From NCBI GenBank assembly GCA_963798085.1, contig CAWCRS010000008.1, positions 1 to 64,000 of the forward strand: a stretch of 64,000 nt of DNA, read 5' to 3'. Origin of the DNA: an uncultured Gemmatimonadales bacterium (GTDB lineage Bacteria; Gemmatimonadota; Gemmatimonadetes; Longimicrobiales; RSA9). The notes under the pieces are model-generated. The model searched no databases, was not told the DNA's origin, and saw only the letters and a list, made by a program, of their open reading frames with translations. A program made the translations under genes and the position numbers. Positions 19,653-30,402 of the stretch are shown in pieces (position 1 is the stretch's first letter; the number at the start of each line of letters is the position of its first letter).

Positions 19653-22411
19653 GCGCGTGAACGCGCAGTTGCGGCTGGAACGCGCGCTGCGCTGGTATGC
19701 CGTGGCGCTGCGGCTGCTGCCGCGCGAGCTGCGCGTGGTCTACGGCGAGGAAGCGAAGGCGGATTTCGCGAGGATCGCGCGGGCGGCGCAGGGGAGGGCT
19801 CGCCGCTTCCCTGTTACGCGTGTGTTAGTGCACGGCGTGGTGGACGTGCTGGTGCGCGCGCCGGTCGAGCGCTGGCGGGAATGGCGCTGGCGCCGGCGGC
19901 AACGGGCCCGGGCGGACGGGGCGGCGCCAGGCAGCAACTTCGCAGCAGCGGGCGGCCATGGGCCGCGACGGGGAGGTTTCGGAGATGGTGGCAGGCTGGA
20001 TGAGCGAGCTGCGGCTGGCGGCGCGCATGCTGTGGCGGCGGCCGGGCTATGCGGCCATCGCGATGCTCACGCTGGGTCTGGGGATCGGCGCCAACGTGGC
20101 CATCTTCACGGTGGTGAACTCGGTGTTATTGCGGCCGCTGCCCTGGCCCGGCTCCGACCGCATCGTGCAGATCCGGCACCATGCGCCGGGGCTGCAGATG
20201 CAGCAGCTGGAGAACTCGGCGGCCACACTCACGCTGTACCGGGAGAGTGCGCGCACCATCGAGCACGTGGCCGGGCTGAGGATGCAGCAGACGAATCTGA
20301 CAGGTGTGGACCCGCCGACGCGCGTGCAGGTGGTGGCGACGGGGCCGGAATTCTTCGATGTGTTCGCCACCCGGCCCGTGCTGGGTCGCGCGTTCCAGCC
20401 GCAGGATGTCAGGGAAGGCGCGGCGCCGGTGGCCATCCTGATGTACGACACGTGGCGCACGCGCTTCGGCGGTGATCCCGCGGTGCTGGGGCGGCACATT
20501 GATTTCGATGGCATGTCCACCGAGATCGTGGGCGTCATGCCGCGCGGATTCACCTGGCCCGATCCGCACACGGTCGCGCTGCTGCCCCTGTACGTGGACC
20601 CGGCAGTCGACTTCGGCATGTTCGGCATGCGCGGCCTGGCGCGGCTCGCGCCCGGCGCAACCGTGGCGTCGGCGAGGCGCGAGATCACGGCGCTGCAGCG
20701 TCGCATTCCCGACCGGTTCCCCGATATGACGCAGGACTTCCTGGACCGGGCAGGCTGGTCGGTGAGTCTCGACCGGCTGCGGGACGTCGAGACCGCGGAC
20801 ATCGCGCCTTCGCTCTGGGTGCTGTTCGGCACGGTGGGACTGGTGCTGCTGATTGCCGGGGCCAACGTAGCCAACCTGTTCCTGGTGCGTGCGGAATCGC
20901 GCCAGCGCGAGCTGGCGGTACGTGCGGCGCTGGGTGGCAGCCGCTGGCGGCTGGCGCGCGTCTTCCTGGCGGAAAGCACGCTGTTAGGCGCTGCCGGGGG
21001 CGTTGCCGGCTTTGTGCTGGCGCTGCTGGGTGTGCGCGCCCTGGTGGCCTTCGGACCGGGCCAGCTGCCGCGGCTCCATGAGGTGAGAGTGGACGCGACC
21101 GTCGTTGGCTTCGGCGCCGCGCTCAGTCTGCTCGCGGGTCTGGCGCTGGGCATGCTGCCGCTGCCGCGCACGCGCCGCGCGTCGCTGACCGCCACGCTGC
21201 GTGATGGCGGCAGAGGCGCCACGGCTGGACGCGAGCGCTACCGTGCACGCCGCCTGCTGATCGTGCTGCAGGTGTCGCTGGCGCTCGTACTGCTCGTGGG
21301 TACCGGTCTCATGCTGCGCAGCGTGTTGCGCCTGCGCGCGGTCGATCCGGGCATCCATGCCGGCGACGTGCTCACGGTGGGCGTCAGCCGTGGTGCAGGC
21401 GATCCCGCCGCCGCACGGGTGTTCTACCAGAGCGTGCTGGACCGCATTGGCGCGATTCCCGGCGTGATCCGCGTGGGCGCCACGAACGCATTGCCGCTCG
21501 CGGGCGGTTTCAAACTGGGTTCGTTCCAGATCGAGTCGAAGCCGCGCACGGAAACCGAAGTGCCGCCGGTCACCATGTTCTGCGTTGTCACGCCCGGCTT
21601 TTTCGAGTCGCTGGGCATTCCCCTGCGCGCGGGGCGTGCGCCCGAGGCGAGCGACCAGGAGGGCGACGCTCCCGTCGCCTGGGTGAACGAGATGTTCGCC
21701 GAGCAGTATCTGGACCGCCATGCGCTGGGCGAGCACGTCCGCCTGGAGGGTCCTGACAGCACATGGCTGGAAATCGCGGGCGTGGTCGGCGACGTGCGCA
21801 TGTTCGGACTGAAGGAGCCGGTCAGGCCCATGATGTATGTGCCCATGTCGAGCCGCGCACCGGCGGATATAAAGCTGATGTCGTTTGCCATCCACAGCGC
21901 GCAGGCGCCCGGTGTCCTGCTCGCTGCCGTGCGTCAGGCCATTGCCGCGGTGGACCGCAACGTTCCCATTACCAGCGCGCGCACCATGGATGACATCATT
22001 GCCGCATCCGTCGCCAGCGCATCGTTCACGGTGCTGCTGCTGGGCATTGCGTCCGTTGTAGCGCTCGTGTTAGGCGGCGTGGGCCTCTATGGCGTGATCG
22101 CGTACGTCGTGTCACAGCGTCGCCAGGAGATGGGCCTGCGCATTGCGCTCGGCGCGCGGCCGGCCGAGGTGCGCGCCATGGTGGTGCGCCAGGGGCTCAC
22201 CGTAACCCTGGTGGGCGTCGGCATCGGGCTGCCGGCCGCACTGGCGCTGACTCGCCTGCTCGCATCGCTGCTCTTCGAGGTATCCGCGCGCGATCCACTC
22301 ACGTTCGCGGTCGTGCCGGTCGTGCTGATCGCGGTTGGCTGGCTGGCTGCGTGGCTGCCGGCACGCCGCGCCGCCGCGGTGAGTCCGCTGCTGGCACTGC
22401 GCGAAGACTGA
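19645..22411 (+). CDS. ADOP-type duplicated ABC permease (probable frameshift ~19900-19980)
   Basis: Leader WYAVALRLLPRELRVVYGEE in ORF 19645 (overlaps the PadR stop); body in ORF 19958..22411 with RQRELAVRAALG and RRQEMGLRIALGA. Confidence 0.88.
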
Positions 22412-22438
22412 GGAACTGCGGCTTCCTGCTCGAGGCTG

Positions 22439-23653
22439 TCAGTGGCGCAGCAGGTCGTGGAAGCGACCGTGCACAGGCGTTATGCCCAGGCTGCGCGCGA
22501 GGCTGATGTCGACGAAGCGATACCCCTGCTGCTGCTGGCGCAGCTGCGGCCCGATGCGGTCGTAGCGCTCGCCACCGGTGCGGACGGCTGCGCGGAAGCT
22601 CTTCAGCGTGGACCCGCCGGTCGAGACCAGGCCGTGACTCCGTGCCGCGGTCTGCGTGAACAGACTCGCTCCGCCGACGCTGTGTCCCAGCTGGCACAGC
22701 TCGAGCATGACGACGGAGGCGTGCGCGGCGTCCTTGTAGAAGCCGGCCAGCACGCGATCCGGCTCGAGCACGAGCACCGGATCGATGCCCGCCCGACGCA
22801 GCAGCGATGCAAACAGCACGGCGGCCTCGGTGCTGCTCATGCGCCGGTCCCTTGCCACGTCGCGGAAATCACGCACCGTGCGCCGGGCCGCGGAGTCGGT
22901 GGCGGGCGTGTCGTTCAACTCGACGCGTGGTCCCAGCCGGTCCAGCACATCCCACACCGCGAACGCCTGCTGCGCCACTTCCCGCGGGCCGCGGGCGTAG
23001 CCGCTGAACTCGAGGACGGTGCCGGCAGCGCGGGCGGCGTCGAGCAGCTGATCGACCAGCGCGTCGTTCTCGTTGACGGCGCCGGCGAGCACCCAGCCAT
23101 AGTCCTGCAGCCCGCCGTTCCATGTTGTCTGGAGCGGATACTCGCTCGCCGGGCGGAACCGCACGCTGCGCGTCTCCTCGCCCACCGTCAGGCCATTCAC
23201 GCTGATGCGGAACGTGACACGCTCGTCGACGGGCTCGTCCAGATCGTACAGCACGTCGTAGCGATAGTGCACGCGGGGCACGAGTCGGACGAGCGCGCCT
23301 GCGGGCGCCGCAGTCTCAATGCGCGAAGCTTCGACGAGCCGGTCGCCCTCGATGCTCACGCTCACCGTGGCGGTATGGCTCAGTCGCACATCCACGCCCA
23401 GGACGCCGAAGCGATCACCGATCAGCTGGCTGTCCGCGATCATGCGCGACTGGCCGCGCACGGTGTCGACCTCCGCCGTCATCAGCAGGAGCGAGGAGAA
23501 CATCTCGGTGCTTTCGATGAAGGGCGCCCACTCGACGAGTGCCGTGGGTCGGGCGGCCGTGGCGGACTGCGCCGCAATGGGTGCGGGCAATGTCAGCAGC
23601 AGCGCGAGCAATGCGGCCCCAGACCGGGGCTTCGCCTCATGTAATGGAAACAT
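22439..23653 (-). CDS. Secreted protein with a degenerate transglutaminase-like C-terminal domain
   Basis: GGAGG RBS; signal peptide; MSSTEAAVLFASLLRRAGIDPVLVLEPDRVLAGF resembles the transglutaminase core. Confidence 0.6.
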   Translation of the reverse strand: MFPLHEAKPRSGAALLALLLTLPAPIAAQSATAARPTALVEWAPFIESTEMFSSLLLMTAEVDTVRGQSRMIADSQLIGDRFGVLGVDVRLSHTATVSVSIEGDRLVEASRIETAAPAGALVRLVPRVHYRYDVLYDLDEPVDERVTFRISVNGLTVGEETRSVRFRPASEYPLQTTWNGGLQDYGWVLAGAVNENDALVDQLLDAARAAGTVLEFSGYARGPREVAQQAFAVWDVLDRLGPRVELNDTPATDSAARRTVRDFRDVARDRRMSSTEAAVLFASLLRRAGIDPVLVLEPDRVLAGFYKDAAHASVVMLELCQLGHSVGGASLFTQTAARSHGLVSTGGSTLKSFRAAVRTGGERYDRIGPQLRQQQQGYRFVDISLARSLGITPVHGRFHDLLRH

Positions 23654-23906
23654 CAACGCCTCCCTCAGCGTTGCCAGCCTGGCGGACGGTGACGGGGGCG
23701 TCCTTGCACGGCGTGTTGTGGGGCTACTTTCTAATGTCGGCTGGCCTGGTGCCGGTTTTAGTCCGGCCCCGCGATCGTTACCCGCTGGGCGTCGTGGAAT
23801 GGCGCGGCGGCCGGGCTGTCCGCATTATGGCGGGTCGGGCGGGCCGCACGCGCAAGCGGCCCGGCAGCAGGGGCCCTGCGGGCCCGGCGGGAACGGGGAA
23901 CCCACC

Positions 23907-24818
23907 ATGGCAGCGACATTCGACAGGGGATCACAGCGGGCCGCGTTGCGGCCGTCGCGCGCAGCCGGCGGGCACGCGAAGGCGCCGGCCCAGACTCGTG
24001 AGGCCGGCGTGTCCGGTGCGGCGGGCGGTGCGACGCATGCGTTCGGCAGCCTGGCCGTTCACGCGCCCGGGCGCGTGGCCACGGCCTCGCCCGATTCAGG
24101 CGCTGCGCAGTCCGGCCCCGGCCGCGTGCTGCGCCGCCAGCCCGGGCAGACGCAGCAGGCGCCGCCTAACCCGCTGCAAGGACACACCACGCGGGAGACA
24201 GTCACCTCGAGTCGCGAGAGCCTGGCCGATGCCGCGCTGCAGCAGAGCGACCTGTGGCCCTACATTGGCGGCAAGGTCATCCGCGGCACGCGGGTAAAGG
24301 GCAGCGTCACCTTCCTCGATGACAAGTCCTTCGTCGCCGCCTACACGGCCCTCACCAACAACGCGGGCGATGAGGATCTCAACACCCTGCAGGGTTACTA
24401 CGATCGCAGGAAAGACCACATAACACTGCGCAAGTCGGCGAACCTGGGGCGACTGCTGCACGAATCCATACACAAGTTCGCGTCGCCCTCGTTCAATGGC
24501 ATCTTCGCGGGGCTGGATGAAGGCGTCACACAGTTCTTCACGAATCATGTGCTGGAGCAGTTCGGTCTGGACAAGGGCAAGGAGTATCCCGAGCGGGTGC
24601 CGGCCGCGGCGGCACTCGCCAGGATGGTCGGATTCGAGACGCTCGCCCTCGATTACTTCATCGGGCCGGCCAATCACGTGGCTGACATCGTGGCGCGGAC
24701 GCTGGGCGGCGACGCCTACAATCAGCTGTTGCACCTGCTGCGCGTGAAGCATGTCGACTGGCCCGCCATCACGCAGCTGCTGAGCCCGGCACAGCACATT
24801 CACCAGGAATTCCGCTGA
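23907..24818 (+). CDS. HExxH metallopeptidase-domain protein with a low-complexity, eCIS-cargo-like leader
   Basis: Ala/Gly-rich N-terminus with HAFGSLAVHAP and VLRRQ; C-terminal QGYYD...LLHESIHKF...LDEGVTQFFT. Confidence 0.7.
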   Translation: MAATFDRGSQRAALRPSRAAGGHAKAPAQTREAGVSGAAGGATHAFGSLAVHAPGRVATASPDSGAAQSGPGRVLRRQPGQTQQAPPNPLQGHTTRETVTSSRESLADAALQQSDLWPYIGGKVIRGTRVKGSVTFLDDKSFVAAYTALTNNAGDEDLNTLQGYYDRRKDHITLRKSANLGRLLHESIHKFASPSFNGIFAGLDEGVTQFFTNHVLEQFGLDKGKEYPERVPAAAALARMVGFETLALDYFIGPANHVADIVARTLGGDAYNQLLHLLRVKHVDWPAITQLLSPAQHIHQEFR

Positions 24819-24980
24819 GCGCGGCCTGGCCGCGTGATACAGGCCGCTGCACGTTCGTCCCCGTCCCGGCGCCACCAGTCACGCTGCGGGGGTCCCATGT
24901 CCGCGTCCGGCTACTCAACCGGCCGGTGGCTCGCACATATTCGGGCACCGTTTTCCCGTCCACCGCGCCGGAGGCCGACC

Positions 24981-25580
24981 ATGACCAGACATTCCCGGAT
25001 GATACCGCGTGTCAGTGCCGCTGCCCTGTTCATGACGCTCGCGCTGGGCGCATCCGCGCGGCGCGCAGCGGCCCAGGACGTACCCAACCGCGAAAGCGCC
25101 ATCGAGATCCGCGCGAAGTTCATGGCCGACCTCGACACACTGCAGAAGAAGTTCCTGGCGCTGGCGGGGGCGTTCCCCGCCGACAAGTTCGCGTGGCGGC
25201 CGGGTCAGGGCGTGCGCTCGGTGGGCGAAGTCTTCATGCACGTGGCCAGCGAGTACTACGTCTTCACGCCCCTGGCGTACGGCGCCGCCGCCTCACCCGT
25301 TGTGGGTCGCGGACAGGAAGCCTTCAAGAAGTTCGAGTCGACGTCCACCAAACCGGATGTGATGAAGCACCTGAACGAGGGCTTCGCCTACGCCAAACAG
25401 GCGCTGGGCGCGCTCGATCCCGCAGCCATCACGGGCACGAAGAAGCTGTTCGGCGGGGACCACACCATCATCGAGACGTCCGTCATCATGACTGCGGACC
25501 TGCACGAGCACCTCGGTCAGCTCATCGCCTATGCGCGCATGAACGGCGTGGTGCCGCCGTGGAGCGCGAAGGGCAGCTGA
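24981..25580 (+). CDS. DinB family protein with signal peptide
   Basis: GGAGG RBS; WRPGQGVRSVGEVFMHVA; DLHEHLGQLIAYARMNGVVPPWS. Confidence 0.88.
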   Translation: MTRHSRMIPRVSAAALFMTLALGASARRAAAQDVPNRESAIEIRAKFMADLDTLQKKFLALAGAFPADKFAWRPGQGVRSVGEVFMHVASEYYVFTPLAYGAAASPVVGRGQEAFKKFESTSTKPDVMKHLNEGFAYAKQALGALDPAAITGTKKLFGGDHTIIETSVIMTADLHEHLGQLIAYARMNGVVPPWSAKGS

Positions 25581-25632
25581 GGCCGATCCGGGCCGGCAGG
25601 CGGACGCCGCGCCGTCGCCTTCTAACAGTGCA

Positions 25633-25680
25633 TTACAGAACAGCAGCGGTGCCGGACCCCGCGAGAGGTCCGGCGCCGGT
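25633..25680 (-). terminator. Probable intrinsic terminator between convergent dinB-family and ychF genes
   Basis: Stem GGTGCCGGACC / GGTCCGGCGCC with an 8-nt loop; moderately T-rich tail on the minus strand. Confidence 0.45.
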
Positions 25681-25777
25681 CTGCAGTGCGGGAAGGTGGG
25701 TCGGGAGGGATCCTGCCTGCCGTTTTCCGGAAGCAGGCGACGCCACGGCCGCGGATTCCTGCGCGCTGCGCCAGACG

Positions 25778-26818
25778 TTAGACGTTGAAGCGGATGTTCA
25801 GGATGTCGCCATCGGCGACGATGTGGTCCTTGCCTTCGATCTGCAGTCGGCCCGCGTCCTTCACGGCCTGCTCCGAGCCCAGCTCCATGAACACGGCGTA
25901 CGGGATGACTTCCGCGCGGATGAAGCCGCGCTCGAGGTCGGAGTGGATGCGCCCCGCTGCCTGGCGCGCCGGTGTGCCGCGGCGGATCGTCCAGGCACGC
26001 ACTTCGTCGGGGCCCACCGTGAAGAACGAGATGAGGTCGAGCAGACCGTACGCGGTGCGGATGAAGCGCGCCAGCGCGGATTCCGCAATGCCGAGATCCT
26101 GCAGGAACGCGGCCTGGTCTTCCGGCGCGAGACCGGCGATCTCCGCCTCCACGCTGGCGGACAGCACGAGGCCGGCCGCGCTCAGCTGGCTGATGCGCGC
26201 GGCCAGCGCCGGCGGCAGCGGCAGTGCCGCATCCGCCTCGCCCCGGTTCAACGCCACCATGAGCGGGCGATCCGTGAGAAAGCCGAAGCCGCGCAGTTCC
26301 TCGCGATTCAGCTCAGTGGCGCCGAGCGCGCGCAGCGGCTGCTCCGCTTCCAGCGTGGTCTTCATGTGCTCGAAGGAGGCGATCACGCGGGCGTCCGTCT
26401 TCTCGCGGCGGGCGCGGTCCAGGCGACGCTCGACGATCTCGAGATCGGCGAGGATGCACTCGGCGTGGAAGGCCTCGAGATCGCCGGCCGGATCCGGGTC
26501 GCCTTCCAACGCGGGATTATCAAAAGCGCAGAGCACGAGACAGAGCGCGTCCTGGTCGCGGATCTGCTGCAGCGACTTGCGGGACAGGCCCTTCTTCTGC
26601 GCGCCGTGCTCGCCCGGTATGTCGCAGAACGTGATTTCCGCGTAGATCGTCTTCTTCGGGGAATAAATGCGCGAGAGCGTGTCAATGCGCGGATCCGGCA
26701 CCTTCACCGTGCCCAGACGCACCTCGCCACCGAACCCGACGGGCACCTGCAGCCCGGTCATGGCATTGAAGACCGTCGTCTTGCCCGAGCCGGCAAAGCC
26801 CACCAGTCCGAATTTCAT
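25778..26818 (-). CDS. ychF: YchF-family (Obg-like) ATPase
   Basis: GLVGFAGSGKTT; VKVPDPRID; ISFFTVGPDEVRAWTI; AAGRIHSDLERGFIRAEV; ends DGDILNIRFNV. Confidence 0.9.
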   Translation of the reverse strand: MKFGLVGFAGSGKTTVFNAMTGLQVPVGFGGEVRLGTVKVPDPRIDTLSRIYSPKKTIYAEITFCDIPGEHGAQKKGLSRKSLQQIRDQDALCLVLCAFDNPALEGDPDPAGDLEAFHAECILADLEIVERRLDRARREKTDARVIASFEHMKTTLEAEQPLRALGATELNREELRGFGFLTDRPLMVALNRGEADAALPLPPALAARISQLSAAGLVLSASVEAEIAGLAPEDQAAFLQDLGIAESALARFIRTAYGLLDLISFFTVGPDEVRAWTIRRGTPARQAAGRIHSDLERGFIRAEVIPYAVFMELGSEQAVKDAGRLQIEGKDHIVADGDILNIRFNV

Positions 26819-26860
26819 GGCGCTCCGCCGAGCCGCCCCGCGGGCGCTCGCAACATTGTG

Positions 26861-28150
26861 TCAGGCGAGAACGGTACCCGCAATGTACACGTTCTTGAAG
26901 CGCTTGGTCAGGTCGCTCAGCTCGAGATCGAACTCGCCTTCCTTGGTGGCCACGGCCTTGAGCGTGTTGCCGGCTCCTGCGGTGTAGGCGCGCCCGATCT
27001 CGCCCCAGGGATTGCGGATGCGTATCCACTTGCGGTAGGGCGCCATGGTGTCATCGCGCACGCTCATGACCGCGTAGGCATGGTTGCCGGCCAGGCCCTT
27101 GGCAATGGCTTCGCCCGCACTCTTGCCCTTCGAGGTCGCCTTGGCCGCCATCTCCTCCGTGGTGGCCAGGCTCACCGGCTTGCGCGCCGCGAGTGCCGTC
27201 TGGATCCGGTTGTACATATCGAGTTGCTTCTGCGTATAGACGCCGCCACCGCGCTTGCTGGGCAGCAGCCGCTTGGCCTCAACGAAGCCGACGATCGTAC
27301 CCGCCACCCGGTCCTCGAGCCCGTTGGACGTAAGAAACTGACGGAGATCTTCCACGCGCAGGGTGCGCCTGCGCACTGAAGTGCCCTTGCTGTCTTTCAC
27401 ATCACCGCGCGCATCGAGCAGCGTGTCCCACTGCTGGATGACATGGTGCGTGCGCCACAGCAGAAACCGGTTGAACAGGTCGGCATCGCCGCCGAAGATC
27501 TGCGCCGTGAATTTGGCGCGCTCGCCGTCCGTGAGCTTTTCGCCCGGCTGCCAGTGCCACAGGCGCCCGAAGACGTAATTGTCGCTGGAGCCGCCGCCGA
27601 ATGTGTCCTGCCCAATGGCGTCATTCTTTCCCGCTTCGCCGAACAGGACCTGGTACACTGCACTGGAATGCCCCTTGTTCAGCTTGGCGTAGCCGGATTG
27701 CACGGGCCCTGCCGGCTTGCCGTCCGCCTTCTTGTTCTCCTCGACGAAGCTGGCTGCGGCATAGGCCTTCTCCAGCAGCGTAGCCCACAGGGCGCCACCG
27801 TTGTGCTTCTGCGCGTTCCTGCGGATCGACTGCTCGATGCTGACGTAATGGGCCTTGTTCGTCGTGTCGTAAAGCCGGACCACCACGCGATCGCCCTGCT
27901 GCTTCATCATCCCGGCCACCGCGTTCGTGCCACCGGGCTGCGCCAGGATGGAGATGACGGCGGTGAGCATGTAGCAGTCGCCCAGCTCGCCCTGCTTGAT
28001 GTCATCCGGTGTGGGGTCGTGAGGAAAGAGTGGGCCACCGACTCTCACGTAATGTGCCGTGGCGGTTCCGCTCTTGCCGCGCGCGCCGGGGTTCGTGAGC
28101 AGGTCGATCGTGACGCCCTTGAGATCCAGTTCGCCGGTCTTGTCCACCAT
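26861..28150 (-). CDS. Calpain-like (peptidase C2) cysteine protease, stand-alone
   Basis: DIKQGELGDCYML (Cys), LWATLLEKAYA, NHAYAV (His), IRIRNPWG (Asn); GGGGAGG RBS before ATG 28150. Confidence 0.88.
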   Translation of the reverse strand: MVDKTGELDLKGVTIDLLTNPGARGKSGTATAHYVRVGGPLFPHDPTPDDIKQGELGDCYMLTAVISILAQPGGTNAVAGMMKQQGDRVVVRLYDTTNKAHYVSIEQSIRRNAQKHNGGALWATLLEKAYAAASFVEENKKADGKPAGPVQSGYAKLNKGHSSAVYQVLFGEAGKNDAIGQDTFGGGSSDNYVFGRLWHWQPGEKLTDGERAKFTAQIFGGDADLFNRFLLWRTHHVIQQWDTLLDARGDVKDSKGTSVRRRTLRVEDLRQFLTSNGLEDRVAGTIVGFVEAKRLLPSKRGGGVYTQKQLDMYNRIQTALAARKPVSLATTEEMAAKATSKGKSAGEAIAKGLAGNHAYAVMSVRDDTMAPYRKWIRIRNPWGEIGRAYTAGAGNTLKAVATKEGEFDLELSDLTKRFKNVYIAGTVLA

Positions 28151-28418
28151 CGGGCTGTCCTCCCCTTGTGATCGTGTGCGTACCAGGCAGGCGCACATCC
28201 AGCCGACTGCTGCTCGCGCTGTCTGACCCACATTCCGGAATGCGGCTCAACATAGCCCCTCGACGGCCGGCGGAAAACACGCGCAGCCGGACTGCAGCGC
28301 GGCCGGACAGTCGCGCGGCTTTCTGTTCCGTGCGTGAACGCGCATATTGGCCGGTACCTGCAGATGACGCCAGCCGCGGTGTGCGCGACGGTCGGGTTCC
28401 TCCAGCGCGGAGTTCATC

Positions 28419-30395
28419 ATGCGAACCGATTCCCGGAGCCTGGCGCTGCTTGCGACCGGGTTCATTCTCGTCACGAGCATGGCGAGGCCCGTCATTGCCC
28501 AGGGCCGCGGCCAGGCGAATCCGGAACTGATCGCGCGCCGCGAGCAGATGGAAAAGGAGCTCGAGTCGATCGCCGTGGTCGACCGCAAGCTCATGATCCC
28601 CATGCGCGATGGCGTCCGTCTCGCCACTGACGTGTATCGCCCGAAGAACGCGAGCGGCAGCGTGCCGACGATCTTCGTGCGCACGCCCTACAACTTCAAC
28701 TACTGGGATGTGCGCAACGGCGCGCCCGCGGACATGACGAGCATCCTGGATGCCGTCAAGCGAGGCTATGCGTACGTCGGGCAGAACGAGCGCGGCCATT
28801 TCTTCTCCGAGGGCAACTACGACATCCTCGGACCGCCGCGCACGGATGGGTCCGACGCGCTCTCCTGGATCTCGAGTCAGCCGTGGTCCAACGGCAAGGT
28901 GGGATTGCTCGGCTGCTCCTCCACTGCGGAATGGCAGATGGGCGTCGCCGCCATGGGCAATCCCGCACTTGCCGCCATCAATCCGCAGGGATTCGGCGCC
29001 GGTGTGGGCCGCGTCGATGGCTGGTACGAGCAGGGCAACTGGTATCGCGGCGGCGCGGTGCAGATGCTCTTCATTGCGTGGCTCTACGGCGAGCAGAACC
29101 AGGTGCGACCGACGTTTCCGCCCGGCACATCACAGGAAGACCTGATCCGCGCATCACGCGAATTCGATCTGGCACAGCAGCTGCCGCCCGTCGACTGGGC
29201 GAAGGCGCTCTGGCGCCTGCCCGAGCAGGACATAATGTCCGCAGTGGATGGACCGCACGGCATCTTCGCCGATTCGATGCCGGTGGCGACCGGTGGCCGC
29301 ATGATCCAGCGCACGCCCGACGATCCCGCCTGGTACCGCGGTGGCCTCTATCACGACAACATGCAGTTCAACGTGCCCGGCCTGTGGTTCATGTCCTGGT
29401 ACGACGTTTCCGTCGGTCCCAACCTCGCCATGTACAACCACGCGCGGAAGGCCGCCAGTCCGGAAATCGCGAAGCAGCAGTACGCCGTCATCGCACCCAC
29501 GCTGCACTGCTCCTACAAGCGCGCCACCGAGAACACCGTGGTGGGCGAACGCAGTGTGGGGGACGCCCGCCTGGACTACGACGCGCTGACCTACGGCTGG
29601 TTCGACCACTTCCTGAAGGGTGAGAGCAACGGGCTGTTAGACACGCTGCCGCGCGTGCGCTACTACACGATGGGCCTGAACCGGTGGCAGACCTCCGACA
29701 CCTGGCCGCCCGCGGGCGCGCAGTCCCTGACCTACTTCCTGTCCAGCGGCGGCAAGGCCAACACCATGACCGGCGATGGCGTGCTCACGCTGAATCCGCC
29801 CGGCAAGGACACGCCGGACGGGTTCACCTACGATCCCATGAATCCGGTTCCGTCGTACGGTGGCAATGTCTGCTGCACGGGCAACGCCGTGCAGGGCGGC
29901 GCCTTCGACCAGCGCAAGATGGAGACACGGCCGGACATTCTGGTGTACAGCTCGGAGCCGCTGAAGGAGAGGCACGGAAGTCAGTGGACCGGTCGAGGTC
30001 ACGCTCTATGTTTCCTCGGACGCGAAGGACACGGACTTCACCGCCAAGCTGATCGACGTCTATCCTGACGGTACGGCGTACAATCTGGATGAAACCATCC
30101 AGCGCGTGCGCTACCGCGAAGGGTACGACAAGCAGGTGTTCATGGAGCCGGGCAAGGTCTACAAGGTGGTGCTCGGTCCCATGAACACGAGCAACTTGTT
30201 CCAGGCAGGGCATCGCATCCGCATTGAGGTCACGAGCAGCAACTTTCCGCGCTTCGACAGAAACCTGAACACGGGCGGGAACAACTACGATGAGGCGACC
30301 GGCATGGTCGCCCACAATTCCGTGCACCACGCCAAAGCCAGTACCCGTCGACGGTGAAGCTCACCGTGGTGCGCAGGAGCGCGACACTGCCGTAA
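28419..30395 (+). CDS. CocE/NonD family hydrolase (frameshifts ~29968 and ~30338)
   Basis: Signal peptide; [73 protein letters not shown]. Confidence 0.9.
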
Positions 30396-30402
30396 CCAGC
30401 TG

